A stretch of 64,000 bases of DNA from Candidatus Latescibacterota bacterium. GTDB lineage: Bacteria > Latescibacterota > UBA2968 > GCA-2709665. The notes beneath the pieces are model-generated. The model was given only the letters and a program-made list of their open reading frames with translations. It was not told where the DNA came from and made no database searches. Positions 29,183 to 39,216 of this stretch are shown here, one piece after another (position 1 is the first letter of the stretch; every line of letters starts with the position of its first letter). The stretch covers positions 3,584,001 to 3,648,000 of the forward strand of contig OZ242358.1 in NCBI GenBank assembly GCA_965208835.1, read 5' to 3'. The translations under genes were made by a program, and so were the position numbers.

Positions 29183-30586
29183 ATGTCCCACGACAGCGTC
29201 TTTACGTTCCGTACCCATGGGGGCGTCTGTGCAGGCGAAACCTGGATTTACGATCGCGATGAGCCCATTGCGCGTCTCGAAGACAAGCTGATCGAACAGC
29301 CCGAACAGAACCTCCGATATTTCAACGGTAACGCCAAGCCTGTAAACCTGAGGGACCTGAAACTGGCCCCGGGCGGCCGACCGCTCGTGTGCGGCGTGCA
29401 AATGTACTGGGTGTTCCAACACCGCGTGCTCGCCACCACAGACCTGATCGACATCCTGGTCCAGGGCCAGGAAACCGACCGACTCGTGCTCACCGTGATC
29501 ACGGCGGACCCGGGAGGCGTGGCCACATCGCGCCGCGTGCTCACGCTGACGTACGACGACGCAACCGGATCGTATATCTACGACTTCAGGGCCCACCTGG
29601 ATATCCACAGTCCGGAAGCACTCGACGGTGAAGAGACCGTATCCTTCGAGTACTGCGACCCCTGGTACAACGACATCCCGGGACCAACGGTCGAGTTCCC
29701 GGGAATGTGGACGAAGAGGTATACGCATCTCCTGGCGGAAACCGGAGACGGCGCCGTCTGGCAGATGCCCCTCAACCACATGGCGACCGGCATTCCCGGC
29801 CCGAGGTCGCTCAAGCGGGACGGCCTGTTCGTCCTGGCATACGACGAGGGGAGCAACCCCGCCTTTGAATTCGTCGGGGACACCGCCGAACGAACGACGG
29901 TGGGCGTTTGCAACTGGGGTTACGACATCCACTTTGCGGGTCATTACACGCGCGACGAACTCTACGCGCCGTTGTGCCCACACTTTCGTATCCGCCTCTG
30001 CCCGGACCGTGAGGCGGCGCAGTTGAAGTCCCGTGCGGAGCCCGTTCCCCAGGTCTCGTACAACGGCTTTGTAGAACTCCCCCTCTACGAACGCAGAACC
30101 AGTTTTTCCCGTGGTCTGCAGCTCAACAGACCCACCCCGTCCAACACCGATCCCTGGCCCTGGCTGCCGGAGGGGGAGGGCGCGGAATGGTGTAAGGATC
30201 ACGGACGTTCAGACCCGTTCTCACTCAAGATCGACAAAACGACGGACGGACCCACCGAGTGGGTCATGGATCGTGAGAGCGATGGCGCCTGGACCGAACG
30301 CTGGACCCGGTCAACCGGCTTTCGCGTTACCGTTTACATCAAGACCGAAAACGTGCAGGGACGCGGCGCCTTTCTGGCCGTACGCTGGGGCGTCTTCAAC
30401 GAACCCGAAAAATACCCTTACATCGGTTCCAGTAAACTTACGGGCACCAATGACTGGACACGGGTCAGTGTGGAGATCCGCGGACCATCCCCGCCGGACA
30501 GCGGGGCCGTGTACCTCATCCTGCGCCAGGATGGCAGCGGCACAAGCTGGTTCGACGACCTGGAAGTCGAACGCATTGCCGGCTGA
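29183..30586 (+). CDS. Hypothetical protein with C-terminal carbohydrate-binding-like (CBM4/9-type jelly-roll) domain
   Basis: 467 aa with strong RBS; C-terminal YIKTENV...LTGTNDW..VS...GSGTSWFDDL pattern. Confidence 0.65.
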   Translation: MSHDSVFTFRTHGGVCAGETWIYDRDEPIARLEDKLIEQPEQNLRYFNGNAKPVNLRDLKLAPGGRPLVCGVQMYWVFQHRVLATTDLIDILVQGQETDRLVLTVITADPGGVATSRRVLTLTYDDATGSYIYDFRAHLDIHSPEALDGEETVSFEYCDPWYNDIPGPTVEFPGMWTKRYTHLLAETGDGAVWQMPLNHMATGIPGPRSLKRDGLFVLAYDEGSNPAFEFVGDTAERTTVGVCNWGYDIHFAGHYTRDELYAPLCPHFRIRLCPDREAAQLKSRAEPVPQVSYNGFVELPLYERRTSFSRGLQLNRPTPSNTDPWPWLPEGEGAEWCKDHGRSDPFSLKIDKTTDGPTEWVMDRESDGAWTERWTRSTGFRVTVYIKTENVQGRGAFLAVRWGVFNEPEKYPYIGSSKLTGTNDWTRVSVEIRGPSPPDSGAVYLILRQDGSGTSWFDDLEVERIAG

Positions 30587-30631
30587 AACAACGGCCGGCT
30601 GGAAGCCCGGAGTTCAAACCCAGGACGAAAG

Positions 30632-31543
30632 ATGAACGGATCTCTTGCGCCATCGTCGGTGGGATTCATCGGCCTGGGGGAAATGGGCGGCGGAATGGCC
30701 CGCAATCTGTTGAAAGCGGGATTTTCCCTGCTCGCCTACGATACGTGCAGGCAGGCTTTGGACCGGATCTCGAGGTCTGGCGCGCGGACGGCGGAGAACC
30801 TGACCGGAGTGGCCGGTATCTGCGAACGGATCATTCTGATGCTGCCCGATACCGGTGTCGTTGAGGCCGTGCTTTTTGGAGACGAAGGCCTCAAGCCTCG
30901 ATTGAAGGCCGGGCACATCATCATCGATTGCGGCACGACACATCCCGATTTTACGCGGGAGGCGTCACGACTTCTCGCTGATCTCGGCGTACATTTCCTG
31001 GATGCGCCCGTTTCCGGGATGGGCAGCCGCGCGGCAGATGGAACCCTTACCCTGATGGTGGGCGGCGACAGGAGCGCCTTCCGTTCCGTCGAACCGCTAC
31101 TGAATGCCATGGGTTCAACCATTTACCATATGGGCGTATCCGGTAACGGGCAGCTCGCCAAGATGGTCAACAATACCCTCTTCAACATCTCCTGCGCCGC
31201 GCTGGCTGAAATGCTCCCACTCGCGGTCAAACTCGGCCTGAACGCGGAAAAAATGTGCAAAGCCGTGATGACCGGCAGCGGGCAGAGCTACGGCTTCGAC
31301 ACCTTCGCGCCTCTGGTCCTCGAACGGAATTTCGGACCCGGATATCCAATGGCAAACGCACGAAAGGATGTTGACGCCATCACTGGGATACTGGAAAGAG
31401 AGGGTGTGAACCTGCCCGTGGTCTCCGCCGCCGCCGGTACCTTTCGAGCGGCTCTGGAACAGGGAATGGGAAACCTGAACAAGGGCGGAATGACCCGAGT
31501 CTGGGAGGCGGTCCTGGGTGTCGAAGTCCGAAAAGACACCTGA
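30632..31543 (+). CDS. NAD(P)-dependent beta-hydroxyacid dehydrogenase (3-hydroxyisobutyrate/2-hydroxy-3-oxopropionate reductase family)
   Basis: GFIGLGEMGGGMA, FLDAPVSG, catalytic K in LAKMVNN. Confidence 0.9.
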   Translation: MNGSLAPSSVGFIGLGEMGGGMARNLLKAGFSLLAYDTCRQALDRISRSGARTAENLTGVAGICERIILMLPDTGVVEAVLFGDEGLKPRLKAGHIIIDCGTTHPDFTREASRLLADLGVHFLDAPVSGMGSRAADGTLTLMVGGDRSAFRSVEPLLNAMGSTIYHMGVSGNGQLAKMVNNTLFNISCAALAEMLPLAVKLGLNAEKMCKAVMTGSGQSYGFDTFAPLVLERNFGPGYPMANARKDVDAITGILEREGVNLPVVSAAAGTFRAALEQGMGNLNKGGMTRVWEAVLGVEVRKDT

Positions 31544-31624
31544 ATCCGGTTCCCGGCTGACGTCGATGGCCCACGGAACCCTTTGGCGACGGCTTCGGCT
31601 TTCCGCTTTCGGCCCACTTATTCG

Positions 31625-32893
31625 ATGAAGACGAACACCGATATCCTTGTAATTGGCGGCGGCTCCATCGGCGTCTGTTCCGCCCACTATCTGTCGGAAG
31701 CGGGGAAGGACGTTGTCCTCGTTGACAAATCCGACATCTGCGCGGGCAGTTCCTACGGCAACCAGGGCCTGATCGTCCCCAGCCACAGCATTCCGCTTGC
31801 CGCACCCGGCGTAATCGGCAAGGCTTTCAAGTGGATGTTCGATCCCGAAAGCCCGTTTTACGTCAAGCCCCGTCTGGACCTGGATCTCGCGAGATGGCTG
31901 CTGGAATTCCAGGCGGCCTGTACCCGGGCGCGCATGCAGCCGGCCCTGGCGATCCTGAGGGATCTCAATCTGGCGAGCGTTGAGCTCTTCACGGAAATCG
32001 CCGCCATCGACGGCCTGGATTTCGGGTTTGAAAAAAAGGGCAGCCTGATGGTTTACGGGACCGAAAAGGGACTTGAGGGCGGTATCGCGGAAGCCGGCAT
32101 CCTGTCTGAAAAGGGGGTCCGGACGGAACTGCTCGATCCGGGCGGCCTCCAGAGGTTGGATCCGATGGCCAACTACAACGCCGCGGGCGCCGTCTACTAT
32201 CCACAGGACGCCCATGTAAATCCAGCGAAATTCGTTAGAGAACTCGCCCGTCACGTTGCCGGAAACGGTAAACGCGTCAGGATACGTCCTTCAACGGAGG
32301 TGATCGGCTTCCGCCGAAAGGACAGCCGGATCCGCACGGTCGTCACCACGCGGGGAGACATCAGTGCGAACGAAGTCGTTCTCGCGGGAGGCGCTTGGTC
32401 GCCGGTCGTCGCCGCGGAACTCGGCATGAAACTGCCAATACAACCGGCCAAGGGCTACAGCGTCACCTTCGAACGGCCCGCCCGCTGCCCTGCGGTTCCG
32501 GCCTCGCTTTCAGAGTCCAAGGTGGCCGTTACACCCATGGGCGATATGCTCCGCTTCGGCGGCACCCTGGAACTGGCGGGTCTGGATCTTTCCATCAACA
32601 AACGGCGTGTCGCGGCCATTCTCAACGCCGTACCACGCTATCTGCCCGACCTGAAACCGAACCGCCTGAAACACATCGAGACCTGGCGGGGCCTGCGGCC
32701 ATGTACCCCGGACGGCCTACCGTTTCTGGGCCGCAGCCCGACTTTCGAAAACCTCACCGTCGCTGCCGGGCACGCAATGATCGGGATCTCGCTGGGACCC
32801 GTTACAGGCAAACTGGTCTCACAGGTGGTCACGCGTCAGACACCGTCCATTGACCTCAATCTCCTTAGAGTCGACAGATTCGAAAGACCCTGA
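31625..32893 (+). CDS. FAD-dependent D-amino acid dehydrogenase (DadA-like)
   Basis: ATG at 31625; GGGSIG, SSYGNQG, P.KGYS, W.GLRPCTPDGLP, GHAMIGISLGP.TG. Confidence 0.88.
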   Translation: MKTNTDILVIGGGSIGVCSAHYLSEAGKDVVLVDKSDICAGSSYGNQGLIVPSHSIPLAAPGVIGKAFKWMFDPESPFYVKPRLDLDLARWLLEFQAACTRARMQPALAILRDLNLASVELFTEIAAIDGLDFGFEKKGSLMVYGTEKGLEGGIAEAGILSEKGVRTELLDPGGLQRLDPMANYNAAGAVYYPQDAHVNPAKFVRELARHVAGNGKRVRIRPSTEVIGFRRKDSRIRTVVTTRGDISANEVVLAGGAWSPVVAAELGMKLPIQPAKGYSVTFERPARCPAVPASLSESKVAVTPMGDMLRFGGTLELAGLDLSINKRRVAAILNAVPRYLPDLKPNRLKHIETWRGLRPCTPDGLPFLGRSPTFENLTVAAGHAMIGISLGPVTGKLVSQVVTRQTPSIDLNLLRVDRFERP

Positions 32894-32910
32894 GGAGCTA
32901 ACTGAAAATA

Positions 32911-33112
32911 ACGAAACTACGAAACTACGAAAGGCGAATACAACGAAACTACGAATGAACGAGACTACGAATGAACGAAACTACGAATTGACGAAACTAC
33001 GAACTGACGAATGAACGAAACTACGAAAGAGCGGGAATAAATCATCCGTCTTATGGTATTCTCGTATTCTCGTATTCTCGCTTTACGAAACTACGAATAC
33101 GCTCATACGAAT
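32911..33112 (+). repeat. 8-bp tandem repeat array (ACGAAnnn x15) followed by (TATTCTCG)x3
   Basis: 15 consecutive octamers at 32911-33030 (unit 4 shifted by one base), mostly ACGAAACT alternating with ACGAATGA/ACGAATTG/ACGAACTG; three TATTCTCG at 33057-33080; further ACGAA units up to the next RBS. Confidence 0.9.
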
Positions 33113-33135
33113 TGAAAACCGACGAAAGGTCACTT

Positions 33136-34614
33136 ATGCCCGAGTTCATCCGGTCCGACAAGCCCAATGTACTGCTGATCTGCACGGATCACTGGAGTGG
33201 ACTGCTCACCGGCGATGCGGGCCATCCCGTTGTCACCACGCCGACGATCGACCACCTCGCCCGTTGCGGCGTCAGTTACACCAATGCCTATTCGGCCTGC
33301 CCCTCCTGCATACCCGCCCGACGCTCACTGTTCACCGGCATGAGCCCGAAGGCGAACGGAATGCGCTCGTTTATCGACGGCGTTGACTTCCCCGAAGTTC
33401 CCACCCTCGCCCAGTGCTTTCGCGACGCGGGTTATCAGGCGTATGCCGTGGGGAAACTGCATGTCTACCCGCAGCGCAACCGGATCGGCTTCGATGACGT
33501 CCTCGTAGAGGAGCAGGGCCGCCACGTTCACCATGACATTCCGGACGGGATGGCTGACGACTACGAGCTCTTTCTGGCCGAGCAGGGCTACGGCGGGCAG
33601 GAATACGCCAGCGGCATGACGCAGAACGACTACATCGCCCGTACCTGGCACCTGCCCGAGTACTGCCATCCGATCAACTGGGCAGCACGAGAGATGTGCA
33701 AAACCATCCGTCGACGGGATCCTCGAAAGCCCGGCTTCTGGTACCTCTCCTTTTCCGCGCCGCACCCGCCCAACACTCCGCTGCAGACATATATGGAGCT
33801 CTACCGGGAAGCGCCCCTCGACGAACCGGCCGGGGGCAACTGGTCGGCAGACTTCGATGAACTGCCCTACCACATAAAGACGCTGAGCAACCCGGACAAC
33901 CTCGCGATGGCGCGCGCAAAACACCATGAATGGGAGTATTCACGGCGCGCTTACTATGCAATGCTCACCCATATCGATCATCAGATCCGGATCGTCATCG
34001 GATACTTGCGGGAATGCGGGCTCCTGGACAACACCATCGTGGTCTTTACGAGCGACCACGGCCACATGGTCGGCGAACACGGGCTCTGGTGCATGACGCC
34101 GTTCTACGAAATGTCAGCAAAAATACCCCTGGTCGTGATGCCGGTGAGGGGCGACAAACGCCTCCCAGGCGGAACCCGCGACGACCGCCTGGCCGAGTTC
34201 GCCGACATCATGCCCACATTGCTGGACCTGGCGGGCATACCCATACCCGATTACGTCGACCGCCAGAGCCTGGCGGGCGACCGTCGCCGGGACGAACTCT
34301 ACGGCGAACACGGCGAAGGAACCGCGGCGATGCGCATGGTACACGACGGACGATTCAAGCTCATCTACTATCCCGTGGGTAACCAGGCACAGCTCTTCGA
34401 CGTCGCCAACGACCCTCGTGAAACACGGGACCTCGCCGGTGACAGCGGCTTTGCCGACACGCTGAACCGCCTCAAGAGCCGTCTGGTGGAACACCTCTAC
34501 GGCGAAGATCTCAAATGGCTGAAAGACGGCGAACTCGTCGGTCTGCCGGCCAGGCAATACGTCCCGTCGGCCAAACGCGCGATGCGCGGCCAGCGCGGCC
34601 TTCGATTTATGTAA
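33136..34614 (+). CDS. Sulfatase (Cys-type, FGly-dependent)
   Basis: PNVLLICTDH, CIPAR (CxPxR), GKLH, PHPP, SDHG; no signal peptide. Confidence 0.92.
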   Translation: MPEFIRSDKPNVLLICTDHWSGLLTGDAGHPVVTTPTIDHLARCGVSYTNAYSACPSCIPARRSLFTGMSPKANGMRSFIDGVDFPEVPTLAQCFRDAGYQAYAVGKLHVYPQRNRIGFDDVLVEEQGRHVHHDIPDGMADDYELFLAEQGYGGQEYASGMTQNDYIARTWHLPEYCHPINWAAREMCKTIRRRDPRKPGFWYLSFSAPHPPNTPLQTYMELYREAPLDEPAGGNWSADFDELPYHIKTLSNPDNLAMARAKHHEWEYSRRAYYAMLTHIDHQIRIVIGYLRECGLLDNTIVVFTSDHGHMVGEHGLWCMTPFYEMSAKIPLVVMPVRGDKRLPGGTRDDRLAEFADIMPTLLDLAGIPIPDYVDRQSLAGDRRRDELYGEHGEGTAAMRMVHDGRFKLIYYPVGNQAQLFDVANDPRETRDLAGDSGFADTLNRLKSRLVEHLYGEDLKWLKDGELVGLPARQYVPSAKRAMRGQRGLRFM

Positions 34615-34654
34615 CTGAATTCGCCGGCACAGCCTCCGCAGGAAGGAGCCCTCT

Positions 34655-37015
34655 ATGCCCACGACCGAAACCGGATCGCCTGCCCGTGCGGTCACGCTAA
34701 TGATCTACACCCGATATGAATACCGCAAGGTGTACGCACGTGTCCACCTGCTCGGCGAAACCCATCTGGCGCAAGGGGGCAAGGTGGAGCTGGTCCTTTA
34801 CAGCACACGTTCGGGGGAAACACGGGAAACCAGGGTTGTCAGCAACATCGGGCACGAAGAGATCGCCTTCGACACGGGGGACATACCATCGGGTTGCTGC
34901 GACTTCAGGGCGACCTTCATCGACCGGTACGGCACCCGCTTCGCCACCCGGACGCTTCAGGACAAATGGCCGGGTGATTTTAGCTGGTTGGGGTCCCGTG
35001 CCGGAATCTCTCGCCGCGTACCCAATCCATGGACGCCACTCAACGTTACGGAATCCGGGGACGGCCTTGAGATTACCTGCTGGGGAAGAACTTATGAATT
35101 CCCGGCAACCGCGTTCTCCGCCAAGGCGACTTCGGGCGGCAGCCAACTGCTTGCCGGTCCATTGAGGCCGGTTGCCCGCGTAAACGGCAAGAAAGCGCGC
35201 TGGACGAAGGGCCATCTCGAACTGATTTCGGCAGAAAGAGATCAGGTGGTTTTCAATGTCCGTTTCGAATCTCCCGCCGGCCTGGCCGTGACGGCCAGAA
35301 CCGAAATCGACTTCGACGGGATGGCGCGGATAGACTGGTCACTCACCGCCAGCACGATCCTGCGCCTCGACGCGCTCTCACTCGAATTGCCCGTTCGCGG
35401 CAAACACGCCGGATACCTGTACCACTTTCCCGGAAGCTGGGGCGGAGTCAGAAACGTCGGCGCGCTGTCGAAGAACGGTCTCAAGATGGGATATCGCCCG
35501 TATATCTGGCTGGGGGACGAGGAACGCGGTATCGCTTTGTTCTCGGAATCGGACGCGGGCTTCCACACCCGCAATCCGCGGAAGGTCACCGAAATCACCC
35601 GTCGAAAGAACCGGGTAAGGCTGCGCATCCATTGTGTCTCGACACCGATCAAGCTCCTTCCCGGCAGCCGCGAGGGCGGGCAGTTCACAGGTTTCGGAAC
35701 CGAAGACGTCAGGCCGCTCACGCCTGGCGGCGTCGTTACCGACGAACTGCGATACACGTTCGGATTTCAGGCCACGCCCGTCAAGCCCGTCGTGGAGGAC
35801 GCCTGGGACCAGCGAATATTCTGCATCGGCCAGACCACGACCGGTTTCAGTCCCCGACTGAACGTGTCGGACGCCCTCCTGGACAGGTGCGTGGATTCCG
35901 GTGTCCGGGCCGTCGTCCTCTTCGAGCACTGGGCGGACGCGGAGGCGTACACCCGGACCCCGCACGCCGCCGAAGTCCGGAAGATCGTCAAGGCCTGCAG
36001 GGACCGCGGACTTCAGGTCCTGCTCTACTTCGGCTTTCTCATCTCGGACATCATCGACGAATGGCAGGCCGTGGGCAAAGACGCGCTCATTCTGCCCAAG
36101 GGCGGATATCCGGTCTTCCACTACCAGCCGCAGCCGGAACAATCCGCCTGGCGCGTCTGCCTGAACAGTCCGTGGCAGGATCTGCTCACGGATGGCATCG
36201 CGGGAGTGATGGATGAATTCGACATCGACGGGGTCTACCTGGACGGGACCGAATATCCGTTCGGCTGCTGCAATACCGAACATGGATGCGGGCATAAGCG
36301 GTCCGACGGCAGTATCGCCCAGACCTATCCCATCTTCAGTACGCGCTCAGCGATGCGGAGAATCTACGAAATCGTAAAGTCACGCAAGAAAGACGGCCAC
36401 GTCAACGTGCATAACTCCACGTGCATGACCATGCCCACCCTCGGTTGGGCGACCGGATACTGGGACGGGGAGCAATTCCAGGGCGTCGGCAGCGGCGTGG
36501 ACGTTTCCCGGCTGTTGCCCCTGGACGCCTTCCGTGCCGAATTCATGGGCCGCCAGTGGGGGGTTCCCGCCGAATTCCTCCACGCGGGCGCCGCCTACAC
36601 CTACAATCAAGCGTGGGCGTTTACGCTTCTGCACGACATTCCCGTCCGACCGCAGAATGCGGACGATGACCTGGATCTGGCTGCCGAAGTGTGGCGCGCC
36701 ATGGACGCGTTCGACCGCAAGAACGCCGAATGGATTCCTTATTGGAGGAATCGCAGATATATTGGCGTTTCTCCCGGGGACGCCTGCGCCAGCATCTATC
36801 GTCACCCGGAAAACGGCGTTCTGGCCGTTGTCTCCAATATGAACGGCAAACGCAAGAACGTCACGGTACGGTTGAACATGAACAAGCTGGGGCTCGGTAC
36901 TGCCCCCGTTGCGGAGGACACGCTCAAAAACAACGCCGTCCCGATCCGGGACGGCGTTTTGAAATTCACGCTTTCAAGTCTGGAGTGGAAACTCATCCAC
37001 ATCCGCAACATCTGA
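34655..37015 (+). CDS. DUF6067 / GH123-like putative glycoside hydrolase
   Basis: VPNPWTPL, CWGRTY, FQATPVKP, DGVYLDG, DGEQF, FIPYW-like motifs. Confidence 0.7.
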   Translation: MPTTETGSPARAVTLMIYTRYEYRKVYARVHLLGETHLAQGGKVELVLYSTRSGETRETRVVSNIGHEEIAFDTGDIPSGCCDFRATFIDRYGTRFATRTLQDKWPGDFSWLGSRAGISRRVPNPWTPLNVTESGDGLEITCWGRTYEFPATAFSAKATSGGSQLLAGPLRPVARVNGKKARWTKGHLELISAERDQVVFNVRFESPAGLAVTARTEIDFDGMARIDWSLTASTILRLDALSLELPVRGKHAGYLYHFPGSWGGVRNVGALSKNGLKMGYRPYIWLGDEERGIALFSESDAGFHTRNPRKVTEITRRKNRVRLRIHCVSTPIKLLPGSREGGQFTGFGTEDVRPLTPGGVVTDELRYTFGFQATPVKPVVEDAWDQRIFCIGQTTTGFSPRLNVSDALLDRCVDSGVRAVVLFEHWADAEAYTRTPHAAEVRKIVKACRDRGLQVLLYFGFLISDIIDEWQAVGKDALILPKGGYPVFHYQPQPEQSAWRVCLNSPWQDLLTDGIAGVMDEFDIDGVYLDGTEYPFGCCNTEHGCGHKRSDGSIAQTYPIFSTRSAMRRIYEIVKSRKKDGHVNVHNSTCMTMPTLGWATGYWDGEQFQGVGSGVDVSRLLPLDAFRAEFMGRQWGVPAEFLHAGAAYTYNQAWAFTLLHDIPVRPQNADDDLDLAAEVWRAMDAFDRKNAEWIPYWRNRRYIGVSPGDACASIYRHPENGVLAVVSNMNGKRKNVTVRLNMNKLGLGTAPVAEDTLKNNAVPIRDGVLKFTLSSLEWKLIHIRNI

Positions 37016-37026
37016 ACGACCTTTCA

Positions 37027-37235
37027 GAAGCTGTTTTAAAACCCCCGGCGGTCTTTGCGCGGCTGCAAAAGCGTCGGTCTGCGTTGGTCAAGAGCCACCC
37101 GTATCGAGAGGTCGAGGCTGCGCTTGCTCGCCTCTCTTAGGCGCCTTTGACCGCCGGCGTTGCGCGCCCCTCGCGCCTCATAACCGACACATTTTCGCGC
37201 GCGCTCGGGACTCACCAGGAATTTAAAACAACTTC
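37027..37235 (+). mobile_element. MITE family B, copy 3 (209 bp)
   Basis: TIR GAAGCTGTTTTAAA...TTTAAAACAACTTC; duplication TCA/TCA, the right copy being the stop of the adjacent gene. Confidence 0.85.
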
Positions 37236-38216
37236 TCAGGTTTCGTTGACCGCCTGCAAGAGTGCGTGGATGTAACCGTATGTGTAGGCGAAGGCGACTT
37301 GCGCGGGTTCCTCCCCGGAAATACCGGGGACGTGATCGGGCATAATCATGTATTCATAACCGACCTCATTGAACGTGCGCAGCGCTCTAAGCATATCCAC
37401 GTCCCCTTCGTCGGGAAACACCTCCATAAAGTCCCGGAACCCACCCCTGATATTCCGGAAATGCAGGTTGAAGATCTTCCTGCGCCGGCCGAACCAGCGG
37501 ATAATGTCGTAAATCTCCTCGCCCGGGTCTTCAAGGCTCTCGGATATCGTTCCGAGGCAGAAATTCAGCCCGTTGTAAGGGCTGTCGTATAACTCGACGA
37601 ACCTCTTCAGCCCGTCCACCATCCCCATAACACGGGCGACGCCGCGGTACGTCACATCGCCGATCCCCGGATCGGACGGATGACAGGCCATCTGAATGCG
37701 GTACTCTTCCGCCACCGGCATAACGCGTTCGAGCCAGTATTGGATACGTTCCCACATCGTATCGGCGTCGGCCGCCCCTCCTTCAAATTCCCCTAGGGAC
37801 TGGTCGAGTTTTGCGTATTCAAAAGACGAAAGCCGCGACCCGCCACGACCGTAACGGGATTCGGTCCGGAGGTGTCCCAGTATGGTAATGTTGTAGTTGA
37901 GACCCCGAAGCCCGGCCCTGGAGGCCATCCGGACGATTTCGCACAACCGGTCGATCTGCCGTTCCCGTTCATCGCTCGGGGCGAGAAACACGGCGCCGGC
38001 CGGATTACTGAACGCGCTGCCCGAGCTGAGCGGAATGTGAATCATCTCGAGATTGATACCGTACCCGTCAAACCGGTCGCGCATCCGGATCAGCATCTCA
38101 GCCGACCATTCGGTCCACGGCTCCACCGGCGTCTGGTCCACGTTGTACACGCCCAACTGCGACAGGACCTCAATGTCGGTATCGTGACGACATCCCACCT
38201 GTGTCCCTATGTACAT
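37236..38216 (-). CDS. uxuA: Mannonate dehydratase (UxuA) family protein
   Basis: HPSDP, GLNFCLGT, HFRNI, DEGDVDM, PDHVP; family-level call, substrate unproven. Confidence 0.85.
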   Translation of the reverse strand: MYIGTQVGCRHDTDIEVLSQLGVYNVDQTPVEPWTEWSAEMLIRMRDRFDGYGINLEMIHIPLSSGSAFSNPAGAVFLAPSDERERQIDRLCEIVRMASRAGLRGLNYNITILGHLRTESRYGRGGSRLSSFEYAKLDQSLGEFEGGAADADTMWERIQYWLERVMPVAEEYRIQMACHPSDPGIGDVTYRGVARVMGMVDGLKRFVELYDSPYNGLNFCLGTISESLEDPGEEIYDIIRWFGRRRKIFNLHFRNIRGGFRDFMEVFPDEGDVDMLRALRTFNEVGYEYMIMPDHVPGISGEEPAQVAFAYTYGYIHALLQAVNET

Positions 38217-38268
38217 GATTCGGTCCTCTCAATGGATTTCGCCGATCGGGAGTCGGCGTCCGCCGGGT

Positions 38269-39156
38269 TTACAGTTTGCCGATCGTGGGTCTTGAGGGCA
38301 GCGAGGACGAAAACTGATCCACGCTTTCCCAGGGCGGCTTGAGCGCGTGGCGTGATGCGACGGGCTCCGGTTGACGATAGCGCACATGAACGGTGTGCCT
38401 CGGACGCCGGGTGTGTCTGACGGAGCCGCAGTGATAGCTGCAATTGTTGAACATGACAGCCGTTCCCGCCCGGCCGTATATATCTACACGACCCGTACGC
38501 CGGGTCAGTTCCCTACCAAAGGCGTCCACCCAGGTAGGTCGCTCCGGGTCGACGTATCCGACGTCTGCGTCGTCGATCCGAAGCCTGTCCTGCGCGCCCC
38601 ATCCGCTGCTCCCGGTGTGCGTCTTCGGCAGATTTCGTTTGGTTTCGACGCTCTCCGGAATGATGCTGAAGCAGTGGGACTCTGTGTCAACGTCATCCAT
38701 GTAGAAGATCGCCTGCAGCGCCGGCACGAAAAAGTCGTTCCGGTCCGCGCCTTCCACGTTTCCGCTGTCTTCGCGATGCCACACGCGCGTGAGACACAGC
38801 GGATCGCCGCCGTCCTGATCTTCGGGGGGCTGGACGTCGCAGGGTTCCCGCCTGAGAAACGTCAGGCCGGACAGCCCGGCGCCCGGACCCAGGATGCGGC
38901 GGACAAGGGGTGCGACAGAAGGGTGGCAAACCAGCCCGTCCAGCGCCTCGGTCCGGTGGAGAAGCTCGGGCGCGTCACAGCCCACGGACAGATGACCGGA
39001 TGCCGTTGGAGCAGGCTCCCAATGTTCCGGGTGCGCGGCCCGATCCGCGGCGATTCCGCTGTTGACGCGCGCGACCTCTTCATCCGTCAGCGCATCGCGC
39101 ACGACGATGTAGCCGTTTTTCTCGAAAAATCCGATCGTATCTTCCATGGATGTCAT
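38269..39156 (-). CDS. Phytanoyl-CoA dioxygenase (PhyH) family Fe(II)/2OG enzyme
   Basis: FFEKNGYIVV, WHRED, YMDDVD, IIPES, AG..VMF...YH.G...R. Confidence 0.8.
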   Translation of the reverse strand: MTSMEDTIGFFEKNGYIVVRDALTDEEVARVNSGIAADRAAHPEHWEPAPTASGHLSVGCDAPELLHRTEALDGLVCHPSVAPLVRRILGPGAGLSGLTFLRREPCDVQPPEDQDGGDPLCLTRVWHREDSGNVEGADRNDFFVPALQAIFYMDDVDTESHCFSIIPESVETKRNLPKTHTGSSGWGAQDRLRIDDADVGYVDPERPTWVDAFGRELTRRTGRVDIYGRAGTAVMFNNCSYHCGSVRHTRRPRHTVHVRYRQPEPVASRHALKPPWESVDQFSSSLPSRPTIGKL

Positions 39157-39216
39157 CCCTTTCGCTACCTGTTCGGTCTGTTGAATCCCGGGGTCCGCCC
39201 CGCAGCGTTTGAACGA

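Noticed and set aside
32911-33112. Possible CRISPR array
   Set aside because: Period is 8 bp, there are no unique 25-45 bp spacers, and no cas genes are in the window
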